A stretch of DNA of 64,000 nt from an uncultured bacterium. GTDB lineage: Bacteria > Hydrogenedentota > CAZGCA01 > CBFDCQ01. Made by a program: the position numbers and the translations under genes. Below, one piece after another: positions 37,476-47,129 of the stretch; within the stretch, counting starts at the first letter, position 1, and each line of letters opens with the position of its first letter. The stretch is from positions 106,350 to 170,349 of the forward strand of contig CBFDCQ010000001.1 in NCBI GenBank assembly GCA_965603355.1, given 5' to 3'. The notes beneath the pieces were generated by a model. That model made no database searches. It had not been told where the DNA came from and worked only from the letters and a program-made list of their open reading frames with translations.

Positions 37476-39377
37476 ATGCAACTTCAAGTAAGCGAAGACG
37501 AGAACAAAGCCTTCGTGCTTGCCATACCGAAGGATTTTGGTGGCGGCCGAGAGGCGACTGTCCCGGATCTGAAGGCGGCTCTAAACGAGAAAGGAGTCGT
37601 GGTCGGATTCTGCGAGGATGCACTGCAGTTCCTGGCAAAGATCCTCGCGCAGGGCGAAGGTTACTCTGGCGACCCGATCCTGGCGGCCCGCAGCAGGCCT
37701 CCTGGACCCGGCCGGGACGGCAAACTCGTCCTGTTACCTCCCGAAGAGGTTGACCTTGGAGAAGGCAATCTCACGTGGCTCGTGTTCCCGGGTGAGAAAG
37801 TCGCCAAGATAATACCCCCATCTCCTGGCGAGCCCGGTGCGACCGTGTGCGGGAAGAAGATTGCGGGCAAACTGGGGAACAAGGCCCAGGTCAAGCTCGG
37901 CGCGGGCGTCGAGCTCGGCGCGGACGGCAACGATGTCGTCGCTAACGTTGCAGGATTCGCCAAATTTGACTGGAAAAGCATCTCCGTCCAGTCGCCCGTC
38001 ACAGTGTCCAAGAACAAGATGACCGCATACGTGGACGTGATCGTCCCGCAGAGAGTCATTGGCAATCTCGATGCTCAGGATTATCATAAGCTGCTGCGAG
38101 CTTCGGGTGTTGTCCACGGTATAGAAGAGCAATCCATCAAGAAGACGGTCAAGGAAGTCTGTGACACGGGCAAAGGCAAGAAGGGTGTTGTCGTGGCGAA
38201 AGGTACTCTGCCGAAGCCTGGAGATGATGCGAAGCTCGAGTATACGTTCAACCTGGATATAAAACCAGGCCTGCTGCTGCCGGACGGAAGCATGGATTAT
38301 AGAGAACGGAGTCTCATACAAAACGTGGCAGAAGGTCAGGATCTGGCCATCAAGACGCCCGCGACTCTCGGAACGCCTGGAACAACAGTCACCGGCGATC
38401 AACTCATTCCGCGTCCCGGTAAAGACTTCCAGCTCAAGGCGCTTGAAAACGTGGAGCTGTCTGAGGACGGACTGAGGCTCATCGCGAAGCGGGAGGGGAT
38501 GGCAGTACCGGATATGAAAGGCGGTGTGCGCGTAGTGTCAGAGTTTGTCGTTGGCGGAGATGTCGCCTACTCCACCGGTAACGTGCGCTGCAAAGGTAGC
38601 TTGAAGATTGAGGGATCCGTTCTGCCCGACTTCAGCGTTGAGTCTGAGCAGGACGTGTTGATCAACGGCGGACTCGATTCAGCTAACGTGAACGCCGGGG
38701 GCAACCTGATGGTCGGGCACGGTATACACGGGAGTGCCGGCACCGAGATTAACGCCGGCGGTGAGATACGCGCTGTCTTCATAGAGAACGCAACCGTCAA
38801 CGCGATGGGGGACATTGTCCTCGGACAAAGTCTACGGCACAGCCATGTGCGCGCGGCGGGGGCCGTAAAGCTCACGGAAAGAAAGGGGACTATAGTCGGA
38901 GGCAAGGTATTTGCGACTCGCGGCATTCTCGCCAACGAGGTCGGCTCGGAGGTCGGTACGCGAACGGAGCTGATCGTCGGAGTCGACACCGCAAAACTAA
39001 GCCAGATCGAGGGGCTCGAGAAGCAGATTGACGAGTGTGAGGAGAACTTGCGCCGGCTTGACACCCAGCTGGGCCCCGCCGCCCATGAATCAAGGAAAGC
39101 GGAATTACACGGCAGCAAGAGAACCTGGGTCGCGAAATTGCTTAAGGAGCGCGCTGAAATTGTGTCCGGACGAGATAAGATCCTGGAACAACGGGATGGG
39201 ATCGTCGCCGAAATGCAGTCTGACCTCAGCGCGAAGGTGAGGATACTCGGGACAGTGCACTCGGGAGTCGTCATCAGGATTGGCGAGGCAGAGTACTCGC
39301 TTGGAACCACTAAACGCAACGTCACATTCGTATACAGCGAGCAGGGCAGGGAAATCGTCTGCGTCGAAGAGGGCTGA
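37476..39377 (+). CDS. FapA family protein (DUF342, flagellar-assembly-protein-A-like)
   Basis: 633 aa with the characteristic Gly/Asn-rich beta-solenoid-like repeats (INGGLDSANVNAGGNLMVGHGIHGSAGTEINAGGEIRAVFIENATVNAMGDIVLG) and a C-terminal coiled-coil. Confidence 0.75.
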   Translation: MQLQVSEDENKAFVLAIPKDFGGGREATVPDLKAALNEKGVVVGFCEDALQFLAKILAQGEGYSGDPILAARSRPPGPGRDGKLVLLPPEEVDLGEGNLTWLVFPGEKVAKIIPPSPGEPGATVCGKKIAGKLGNKAQVKLGAGVELGADGNDVVANVAGFAKFDWKSISVQSPVTVSKNKMTAYVDVIVPQRVIGNLDAQDYHKLLRASGVVHGIEEQSIKKTVKEVCDTGKGKKGVVVAKGTLPKPGDDAKLEYTFNLDIKPGLLLPDGSMDYRERSLIQNVAEGQDLAIKTPATLGTPGTTVTGDQLIPRPGKDFQLKALENVELSEDGLRLIAKREGMAVPDMKGGVRVVSEFVVGGDVAYSTGNVRCKGSLKIEGSVLPDFSVESEQDVLINGGLDSANVNAGGNLMVGHGIHGSAGTEINAGGEIRAVFIENATVNAMGDIVLGQSLRHSHVRAAGAVKLTERKGTIVGGKVFATRGILANEVGSEVGTRTELIVGVDTAKLSQIEGLEKQIDECEENLRRLDTQLGPAAHESRKAELHGSKRTWVAKLLKERAEIVSGRDKILEQRDGIVAEMQSDLSAKVRILGTVHSGVVIRIGEAEYSLGTTKRNVTFVYSEQGREIVCVEEG

Positions 39378-39582
39378 CAGGTGACGCAGGCTGTGGTTGC
39401 GCGAACCGCGGATAGAACCTTTCTTCTCCCATCCTGGAACGACCGATCCCGCTGACATCTCAAACCGGGTGGCCGTCCCACAACAAGGCGTACCGCCCGG
39501 GCTGTCGACGCGGTCTCCCACACGCTGCGCGAGTTTCGTTCCGTCCATAACGCGCGGCCGCTCGATGCGCTCAACACTTAAG

Positions 39583-39611
39583 TTGACAAGCCGATCAAGC
39601 CTCCTTATAAT
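39583..39611 (+). promoter_or_regulatory. perfect consensus sigma-70 promoter TTGACA-N17-TATAAT followed by a ~160-nt structured leader
   Basis: TTGACA is at 39583-39588 and TATAAT at 39606-39611. An 8-bp stem gaacgcct/aggcgttc sits ~25 nt downstream. The next ORF begins at 39777. Confidence 0.5.
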
Positions 39612-39776
39612 ACTGCCTGCTGAACGCCTTGCGGATACGCTATGAGGCGTTCGTGCAGCCTGCGCGTGTCGAGTTCAGAGGTTGCAGGTATCCCGCGGTA
39701 GCGGTGGATCGTGGTTGGGGGTGGGTCCCGCAGTCCCTACTGGATCTCGTCTCCTGCTTAACGGGCGGTGGTTCAA

Positions 39777-40268
39777 ATGGCGGAAAAACACGTCGACGGA
39801 TTTGGGTGGCGTATTGCAAACGCCATTCTCTGGTACATGGTGCTCGCTGTCGGATTGTGCTCTCGCGAAGCCTACGAGTTGATTCGCCATTTCGCTCGCG
39901 TCAGCCGGTCTGAGGCCTGGGTGAACAACCCGTGGTTCTTGTCGATAGCCTTATCCTATGTCGTGGGACGATTCGTTCGCAACAAGGGCGTATCAAGCGG
40001 GCTGAATGCTGTCAACGCGCTGTACGAGGGAATAGGTTTCGGACTCATATCGTTCGTCGCGTTCTTGGCGTTTCCTATGGACTACCTCAGGGATCCTCTG
40101 CCTTCAGGCGCTCGCATACTGTATCTGGGTTATGCTCTGAAATTCGGTTGCTGGCTCTACCTTGCGGGTTGCCTAACGCGCTACCTTGTACTTGGCAACG
40201 ATAACGCTTTCTTCCGTGCACGGGCATGCCGGCGGCCGATGCCTGACTCCACGCGCGACGAGAGTTAA
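39777..40268 (+). CDS. hypothetical small integral membrane protein
   Basis: Three to four predicted TM helices. The start is taken at MAEKHVD (39777), 9 nt after the ORF-track start at 39768. No family recognised. Confidence 0.4.
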   Translation: MAEKHVDGFGWRIANAILWYMVLAVGLCSREAYELIRHFARVSRSEAWVNNPWFLSIALSYVVGRFVRNKGVSSGLNAVNALYEGIGFGLISFVAFLAFPMDYLRDPLPSGARILYLGYALKFGCWLYLAGCLTRYLVLGNDNAFFRARACRRPMPDSTRDES

Positions 40269-40489
40269 TCCATACAGCGACCTGTCCAAACGGAGCACGG
40301 CGCCGCAAGAGCAAAGCACATGAGCTACCTCCCCAACCGCGGTCCCGTGCGAACGAGCACGTGACCCACGCCGCGGCGTCCGATACACAACAGGTAATCT
40401 GCATTGACAAATCAGCTTGTGCTTGCCATACTGCGTGTGAGACGCCTCCAACCGGGCAAAGGTGGAAACCACAGGGTGAGATTCCTACC

Positions 40490-41218
40490 ATGGAGAAACT
40501 GAATTGCAGACCGCTATATGACGAACTCAAGGCGGTCGCCGTATCAGAAGGTATGACCTTGTTCGGTGTGGCGTCCCTTGAAGAGATTCGAGCGTCGTTC
40601 CACGAGACCATCGCGGGAATTGCGTCGCAGTTTGACAGGGCAATCTCCGTTGGCTATCGCCTGCCGGACGCCGTTGTGGAGGATATCGAGGACCGTCCGA
40701 CACTCCTGTACGCAAGGGCGTACAAGACGGCGAACTGGTTGCTGGATCAGACGGCCGCACGGCTGGCGGCGCACATCCATCGCGCTGGAGGTAACGCCGT
40801 GCCTGTTCCAGCATCCCAGATCATAGATTGGGAAACACAGCTAGGTCACCTGTCGCATAAATCGGTCGGCAGGGAGGCGGGTCACGGGTGGATAGGCAAG
40901 TCGGGATTGCTCGTGAACACAGTTCATGGCGCGCGGGTCCGTTATGCGACGGTGCTCACGGACGTGCCTCTGCCGCCGGACGCGCCCGGCAAAGGCGGCT
41001 GCGGTGAATGCCGCAACTGCATTGAGATGTGCCCGGCGGGGGCAATCAGCGAAAAAGGGTATGACAAGCAGAAATGTCTCGACAAACTCAAGGAATTCGT
41101 CTCAGTGAGAGGAATTGGACAGCATATTTGCGGCGTCTGCGTCAAGGCTTGCCCGACCGCAGCGTCAACTACGTTCTCGCGCTTGGATCCGAATGAACCG
41201 CGTTCTAGTACAGACTAA
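40490..41218 (+). CDS. epoxyqueuosine-reductase (QueG)-like 4Fe-4S dicluster protein
   Basis: Contains HGWIGKSGLLVN and two ferredoxin-type clusters (CGECRNCIEMCP, CGVCVKACP). The start is taken at MEKLNCRPLYDEL (40490); the ORF track starts at 40361. It is shorter than canonical QueG. Confidence 0.5.
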   Translation: MEKLNCRPLYDELKAVAVSEGMTLFGVASLEEIRASFHETIAGIASQFDRAISVGYRLPDAVVEDIEDRPTLLYARAYKTANWLLDQTAARLAAHIHRAGGNAVPVPASQIIDWETQLGHLSHKSVGREAGHGWIGKSGLLVNTVHGARVRYATVLTDVPLPPDAPGKGGCGECRNCIEMCPAGAISEKGYDKQKCLDKLKEFVSVRGIGQHICGVCVKACPTAASTTFSRLDPNEPRSSTD

Positions 41219-41257
41219 CAGACCGATTCGCTCCAAAACGCACCGAGGTGCCCGAGC

Positions 41258-43318
41258 ATGAAGAATGTCATGACTGTCTGCGGAAGGGTAGGGTGGGATA
41301 GGATTGACCGGGCGCTGGCGTCCGAGAACGACGCAAGCTGGATAGTCGTAAGGGAAATCGAGGACATACCGCCGCGAGGGTTGACAGACACCTTCGACCT
41401 GAGTCTGAGATCAGCAGCACAATACCGGTCCCCTCCGGAAACCCATCAGAAGTCCTCCCTCGAGGAAGCAGCAGACGTCGTAACCTCAATAGGCAGCGCG
41501 GAAATAGCTTTCGGGGTCAACTTGCGACTGCATCTACTGTATAAATGGTTCTCCTCCTGGTGGATACTGGAGCCGGCTCTGCGCGAGCACGTAGCGAACT
41601 TGATCGAATCGGTACGGCTTGCCCGCAGGATTCTGAGAACGGAGAGACCGGACAAGGTTTACGTTTTGGGCAAGGCTTCTCCCAGGACGTTCGCTTCCGA
41701 AACGGCGACGTTGCACCCCGAGGTTGTCGCTGCCGTTGCACGACAGGAACAAATCGATGTCGCGCGAATGAAACCTATGGCGAGAAGGATAAGAGTGCCA
41801 CTTACACTAACCCCTCCATCCGTCGTGCGTTTCTGTCTATGGACCGGTTCGAGGGCCAGACGCATCGTCTATAGTGCGAGCAAGTGGTTCAGGCTCGTCG
41901 GTCAGGATCGGGTATCGCACGGCACGATTGCCGTGATATCCGATCACGTGAACTGGCAGTCGATTCGTGAACTGCGCGCTTCGGTCGCCGGGAAGAGCGA
42001 TACCGTACTCGCCGGTGTGTTGAACGAGCTGGACGGTGAGTTGCCCAGCCGGGTACTACTGCTCGACTTTCTGAGTTTAGGGGGGCTCGGGTTACGTGCC
42101 GTTGCGGAGAAGACCGGGCGGTTCGCACAGATAGATTATAGGCCGCTGGAACTCTACGTCGGAAAACAGGTGCTCAAAGAGGTCTGGATGCACGCCCATC
42201 TGTTAAGGACAAAGTGGGACGCACTCGAAGATTCGCACGCGCTGCATGAGGCGGCTTCGTTCGACGGCGTGCGGTTGTGGGACGCCATGCGACCGAAGAT
42301 GGAGTCTTTCTTCCATTTCTTGTTACCGCTGGGCGTATACTATACGGACGCGATGGACTCGTTTATCCGCCGCCAGAAACCCGACCTGTTGTTGGTCGTC
42401 GATGAGCAGGGGATGTACGGACGCTGTTTTCTGGCGGCTGCGCAAGCTCACGGAATCGCCACTGTCGGCTTACAGCACGGTCTCGTATCGCAAGAGGACG
42501 CGCGGTATACGCACTCCGCCGGCATGGTGCCTGCCAATGGACGGTTTGTCGGTACGACTCTGTGTCCAATCCCGGACGCGACAGCAGTGTACGGCGAGCT
42601 CTACAAGCGCGTGCTCGTCGAGAAAGGAGGATACCCGCAGGACAGCGTCATCGTAACAGGCCAGCCGTCGTACGACTTCCTGCACAACATGAGAGACGAC
42701 GGCGCGAAAGTAAGAGTGTGCCGCCAACTTGGCATCGAACCGACTGAACGGATCGCGCTGTTGGTGACCCACCCGTACCGCGAGTCAAGAGATGGCCACA
42801 ATAGGCGGGTCCTCGAGATAACCTTTGAGGCAATACGCAATTCTTCTCGCAATAGGCTGGTTGTCAAACTCCACCAAGCGGAGGAACCGTCTCTGCATCG
42901 TCAGATAGCATCGGAGAAAGGCGTTATTCACAACGTTCTCATCGTCAAAGACGTACCTCTGTTCGACCTGCTGCGGGCGTGCGAGCTGGTCATAACGGCT
43001 CACCCCAGAGTTGTATTGGAGGCGGTGCTCTTCGGAAAACCAGTCATCACCGTGAATGTAGCGGAAGGCCGCCACGGGGCACCATACGCGGGAAGCGGCG
43101 CGGCCGTGAGTGTAAGAGACTCGGAAGAACTCGTCAAGGCAATCGAGGCCGTGTCGGCGGACGACGAGTTGCGGGCAAAGCTTCAGGAGGCGAGACGGAT
43201 ACTCCTCGCCGACTGTCTGCATCCCCTCGATGGGAGAGCGGCGCAGCGCGTGGCGGACCTGGCGGTCAGTATGACACGCGCGCGTCTCAATAAGACCGAT
43301 GGAGACCGATGCACGTAA
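41258..43318 (+). CDS. GT-B-fold capsule / teichoic-acid-type polysaccharide biosynthesis enzyme (KpsC/KpsS- or CDP-glycerol glycerophosphotransferase-like)
   Basis: 686 aa. The C-terminal Rossmann-like half ends with ...VITAHPRVVLEAVLFGKPVITVNV, typical of the GT-B nucleotide-binding domain. Family assignment is tentative. Confidence 0.45.
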   Translation: MKNVMTVCGRVGWDRIDRALASENDASWIVVREIEDIPPRGLTDTFDLSLRSAAQYRSPPETHQKSSLEEAADVVTSIGSAEIAFGVNLRLHLLYKWFSSWWILEPALREHVANLIESVRLARRILRTERPDKVYVLGKASPRTFASETATLHPEVVAAVARQEQIDVARMKPMARRIRVPLTLTPPSVVRFCLWTGSRARRIVYSASKWFRLVGQDRVSHGTIAVISDHVNWQSIRELRASVAGKSDTVLAGVLNELDGELPSRVLLLDFLSLGGLGLRAVAEKTGRFAQIDYRPLELYVGKQVLKEVWMHAHLLRTKWDALEDSHALHEAASFDGVRLWDAMRPKMESFFHFLLPLGVYYTDAMDSFIRRQKPDLLLVVDEQGMYGRCFLAAAQAHGIATVGLQHGLVSQEDARYTHSAGMVPANGRFVGTTLCPIPDATAVYGELYKRVLVEKGGYPQDSVIVTGQPSYDFLHNMRDDGAKVRVCRQLGIEPTERIALLVTHPYRESRDGHNRRVLEITFEAIRNSSRNRLVVKLHQAEEPSLHRQIASEKGVIHNVLIVKDVPLFDLLRACELVITAHPRVVLEAVLFGKPVITVNVAEGRHGAPYAGSGAAVSVRDSEELVKAIEAVSADDELRAKLQEARRILLADCLHPLDGRAAQRVADLAVSMTRARLNKTDGDRCT

Positions 43319-44223
43319 GCCTGAGACGGCACAATACGAGGGTTGTTGTGACCCTGGCAACGGTTATCGCACTTGCGGTTGCGGGGTCTCTGGCCTTCCG
43401 GAAGATGGACTTCTCTTTCGTGCGCGGGCTGAGCGCGAGAAGTCTCGTATATGTTGTACCGCTCTTTCTCGTTTACCAGATCGCGGCGGTACAAGCGCAT
43501 GCCTTGCTGATGCGCGATCTGGGGTACCGCGTGAGCCCGGGTCGCCTCGCGATCGATCTGTTCCGTGGCTACTGGCGGCAGATTGCGGGCGTGACGAGAA
43601 CCGGGGTTGCGGCCCGCGCGTCAGCGACGTCGGTTCTTTACTCAGTCGAGTTGGGGCTCGCGATCGCAATTGCATTGCCCGGGCTCCGCTACTTCCTTCC
43701 GGACTCAACGTTTGGAAGCGTGATCTGGCTCGCGGTCCTCGCCGTTTCGATAGTGGCCTTCAGCGTGCTGTTCCATTTGACGGGCAGAAAAGAGAGGCGG
43801 CTCCCGGGCCTTGGAAGGCGGCTCACCGGTTTTCTGGCCGATCTCCGCGACGGTATGCGAAAGACCACTGTCGCAACGTTTGCGGCGCTGGTAGGTTTAG
43901 TTCTCACAAAGCGCGTTGTGCTCGCGTGCGTCTCGTATCTGCTCCTCAAGGATTTCGGCAACGATCTGCCGTTTATGGAAGTGATATTCGTGCAATCGTC
44001 AGCTATCCTTGTTGGGTTTGCCTCGATGATCCCTCTGGGACTTGGCACTAGAGATGCAACTACAATCCTCCTCTACACGCATCTCGGCCTCCCGCCGGAA
44101 GTCTCAGCAGCAATGGCAGCGATGGAGAGATTGGTCTGGACGTTAGTCCCGTTTTGTCTGGGAATAGCATGCGCCGCCTTGAGCGCCGTATTCAGGAAAT
44201 TGTACGGGGACCGCGCCACATGA
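43309..44223 (+). CDS. lysylphosphatidylglycerol-synthase-TM-region / flippase-like membrane protein
   Basis: About 8 TM helices and Arg-rich loops, matching the LPG_synthase_TM-like architecture. It overlaps the upstream GT-B gene by 10 nt. Confidence 0.6.
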   Translation: MHVSLRRHNTRVVVTLATVIALAVAGSLAFRKMDFSFVRGLSARSLVYVVPLFLVYQIAAVQAHALLMRDLGYRVSPGRLAIDLFRGYWRQIAGVTRTGVAARASATSVLYSVELGLAIAIALPGLRYFLPDSTFGSVIWLAVLAVSIVAFSVLFHLTGRKERRLPGLGRRLTGFLADLRDGMRKTTVATFAALVGLVLTKRVVLACVSYLLLKDFGNDLPFMEVIFVQSSAILVGFASMIPLGLGTRDATTILLYTHLGLPPEVSAAMAAMERLVWTLVPFCLGIACAALSAVFRKLYGDRAT

Positions 44224-44524
44224 TTCCAAGATGGAATTGCGATTCCCGACTCAACAAACGATTCAGCACGTACGACAGAGTGTCAGGAAGCGCCATCCTC
44301 ACAAGCGCTCCAACCGATGTCTGCCGGCCGGCTGCCTGCGACTCTCTCACGCGGGCCGGCAGCAGCGCTTCTCGGCGCCCATTCCACGGACACTTAGTCC
44401 GCTGCTGCAGGGCGTCAATTAGTTGTTGACATTTCCGCGCACATTTAGTAGGATGATAGATGGACGCAATACATAGCATAGTGAGACAAAGATTGCGTGC
44501 TGTAAGGTAGATTAGGGGGCTAAA

Positions 44525-46084
44525 TTGAAAATGCGAGCGAGACGGTTCATTTCAGTGTGTTTGCTGTTGGTGTTGGCGGGCAGTGCGATAATGCCGGCCG
44601 CCATGGCGTGGGGCCCGAGGGCAAGCCGAGCGATATGTCTCTGCGCTCTTCAGGTTCTCAGACGCGACTTCCAGGATGTATTCAGGGGCAGGGAAGAGGA
44701 CTTGGTTGCCGGAGCCATGATCTCGGACCGGGATATGGCCAAGTACGCGTTGCAAGGAGGTCAGATCGAACCGTTCGAGCCAATCGTGCGCGAGATATCT
44801 TTGCTCAGGGAGGTGAACGAGCGCGGCATGACCGACTACCTCGTGTACCGGTTCGGTGTTCTCGCTAAGATGTCTTCCAACGTCGTGCAACCATACGGAG
44901 TCCCTCAGAATGAAGAGGAGAAAAAACTTAAAGCGCGACTCGACGCCGATATTGAGGAACACATTGGCAAGTTGAAGCTCGAGTACCGCCCCGAGGATCG
45001 AGAATCCATCTACTATCCCGCGCGGTATTTCGAAGAGCGACTGAGATTCATCAAGGATGACAAGTACTTCATCAAAGTGGAATACACGGATGGCGATGGA
45101 TACGGTGATTATGCCAAACGCGCCGTGGCCAAACATTTCGAAGACGCGGTCAATACCGTCGCTGACGTTGTGTACACGGTGTTAAGCGAACGGAAATACT
45201 CCGGCGAGACACCGCCCTCGCCCAGGGATGTCGCGCTTTATTACGTGGGGCAGGTAGAGTATTTCCTCAATAAATCCCATAACGAAGAAGCGGAAGAGTC
45301 TTACGCCATATTCACCGAGGTGAATCCGGGTCTTGCCTCGCCATACGAGGAGCTTGGCGATGCGTACTACCGCGCCGGCCAATACGAGCGTGCCATGAGA
45401 GAGTACAGGCGCGGACTCCGTATGAAAGGAAGTTGGCCCGAAGTTGAGGATAAGATCGTCAGATACTACACGCAGCAGGGTGCCATACTCATCTCTCAAA
45501 GGACGCGAGAGGGGCTCCAGCAGGCTCGACAGCTCTTTGAATTGGCGCTCGAAGTGTCTCCTGGAAACCCGATGGCCGTCAGCGGGCAAGAGAATGCCAA
45601 GGCGGAAATCCAGGCGATGGACGCAAGGCTCGAGAGGGACCGAGAGTTGCTTACCGGAGCCGACCGCCTGTTTGCAGAGGCGCAGAGAGCCCAGACTGGC
45701 CAGGATCTCGCTAAGGCGTTAGACCTGTACGAAAAAGGCATCGCCGTGTACAGCCTGGTATCCACCGAATTCGAAGATACGCGTGAGGCCGCGACTACCG
45801 GCGGCGAAGACTGTGCGATCGCAATCCGTAACATGTTTGCCAGCGCGCTGCTGGAAGTCCGGGACGTTATGAACAAAGCTTCCCAGGCCGAGCTTGACGG
45901 TAACTATGAGCAAGCTATAAGATTTTACGACCGCGTTCCTGGGACGGTGTCGGTCATTACTGAGAAGTATGCCGAGCAGTATAATGAGGCCCAGAAGTCA
46001 ATCCAGAGCGCTGAGATGAAGAAGACCAATGCTCAAGTCAGGATCGAGGAGCTGAAGACCGAGAAGCCAACCGCGCGCCCTTGA
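44525..46084 (+). CDS. secreted TPR-repeat protein
   Basis: Signal peptide (FISVCLLLVLAGSAIMPAAMA) and TPR-like helices (AYYRAGQYERAMREYRRGL..., ALDLYEKGIAVY...). The TTG start lies 5 nt after AGGGGG. Confidence 0.6.
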   Translation: MKMRARRFISVCLLLVLAGSAIMPAAMAWGPRASRAICLCALQVLRRDFQDVFRGREEDLVAGAMISDRDMAKYALQGGQIEPFEPIVREISLLREVNERGMTDYLVYRFGVLAKMSSNVVQPYGVPQNEEEKKLKARLDADIEEHIGKLKLEYRPEDRESIYYPARYFEERLRFIKDDKYFIKVEYTDGDGYGDYAKRAVAKHFEDAVNTVADVVYTVLSERKYSGETPPSPRDVALYYVGQVEYFLNKSHNEEAEESYAIFTEVNPGLASPYEELGDAYYRAGQYERAMREYRRGLRMKGSWPEVEDKIVRYYTQQGAILISQRTREGLQQARQLFELALEVSPGNPMAVSGQENAKAEIQAMDARLERDRELLTGADRLFAEAQRAQTGQDLAKALDLYEKGIAVYSLVSTEFEDTREAATTGGEDCAIAIRNMFASALLEVRDVMNKASQAELDGNYEQAIRFYDRVPGTVSVITEKYAEQYNEAQKSIQSAEMKKTNAQVRIEELKTEKPTARP

Positions 46085-46332
46085 GAGCGACACGAACGGA
46101 TTGAGCCGGAGCTCTCCTTCCTTTGGGTCCGCCTGATCAACGCGGAAATGTCATCTGCTTTCGCACCGGACTAGCTGGTGTAGAATCAGCCCGGCTGTTG
46201 CATAGCAGGCGCATCTCAAGACGCGAGCTAATAGACGTTGCGACTCAGGCTCGTTCTCCGGATAAGGATGCCTTCCCTCGTCAGCAGGCTTTCCGACAGG
46301 CTGCTGCCAGTTTGGCAATCGGACTAAACCAC

Positions 46333-46361
46333 TTGTCATTGTGGCAGAACTGTGGTACAAT
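46333..46361 (+). promoter_or_regulatory. sigma-70-like promoter TTGTCA-N17-TACAAT at the start of the long groES leader
   Basis: TTGTCA is at 46333-46338 and TACAAT at 46356-46361. It would give a ~430-nt leader before groES. Confidence 0.4.
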
Positions 46362-46612
46362 GAGCGCGTCGTCGGACGTTTCTGTGTTTCGCGCCGAAGC
46401 CAAACCCCTTTATCAGTCGGGTTTTGCGAGCGTCGCCGCTTTACCGCGTTCGACAGAGTGGCTACAGGCGCTACGCGGTGCATCGCGCTGAAGCGTTTGC
46501 CGAAACGGCGACAACCGCATTGTGCAATGAGACAGGCAAAGCCTGGACCTGGGCGATGGAACCCGTTTGTTCAAAGGGTATTACACAAGGGTACCGCCAA
46601 CATTGCGGCCGT

Positions 46613-46628
46613 TGGCACAAGGTTTGCA
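46613..46628 (+). promoter_or_regulatory. sigma-54 (-24/-12) promoter TGGCAC-N5-TTGCA, ~170 nt upstream of groES
   Basis: TGGCAC is at 46613-46618 and TTGCA at 46624-46628, an exact match to the TGGCAC-N5-TTGCW core consensus. No CIRCE (TTAGCACTC-N9-GAGTGCTAA) occurs in the leader. Confidence 0.5.
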
Positions 46629-46795
46629 GTAATAGAGTGGGATTTAGTGCGTCTGGTGCGTAACGTCGCGAGAAGCAGATCACGGTTAAAGGCTGAATAG
46701 TCTGCGTGAAAGGAGGCAGGAGCGACGATAGGAAACGATTGGAACCGAGCACAAGAAGTTGTGAGAAACAGAACAGGCGAAAGGAGTGGATGACA

Positions 46796-47083
46796 ATGAA
46801 GGTACGACCATTGGCTGATCGCATCCTCGTCAAGAGGGTCGAAGCGGAAGACACGGTGAAAGGCGGGATCATCATTCCCGACACCGCAAAAGAGAAGCCC
46901 CAGGAGGGCAAGGTCGTCGCTGTCGGTCCGGGCAGACTCGGCGAGGACGGCAAGCGTATGCCCATGGAGGTCAAGAAGGGCAACCGGATTCTCATGGGCA
47001 AGTACGCCGGTACTGAAGTGAAGATTAATGATGAAGAGCACCTTATTATGCGCGAGGATGACGTTCTTGCCGTAATAGAGTGA
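46796..47083 (+). CDS. groES: co-chaperonin GroES
   Basis: [46 protein letters not shown]... AAGGAG lies 9 nt upstream of the ATG at 46796. Confidence 0.95.
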   Translation: MKVRPLADRILVKRVEAEDTVKGGIIIPDTAKEKPQEGKVVAVGPGRLGEDGKRMPMEVKKGNRILMGKYAGTEVKINDEEHLIMREDDVLAVIE

Positions 47084-47129
47084 CCGGATCGACGACTCGC
47101 ATCCGGCGAGAAGAAAGGAGTGATGAACG

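Noticed and set aside
46341-46700. 119-aa ORF in the groES leader
   Set aside because: Arg-rich, no SD, and overlaps both predicted promoters. More likely non-coding leader sequence.
46085-46797. CIRCE (HrcA) operator or sigma-32 promoter upstream of groES
   Set aside because: No match to TTAGCACTC-N9-GAGTGCTAA and no CTTGAAA...CCCCATNT in the leader. Only sigma-70-like and sigma-54-like motifs were found.
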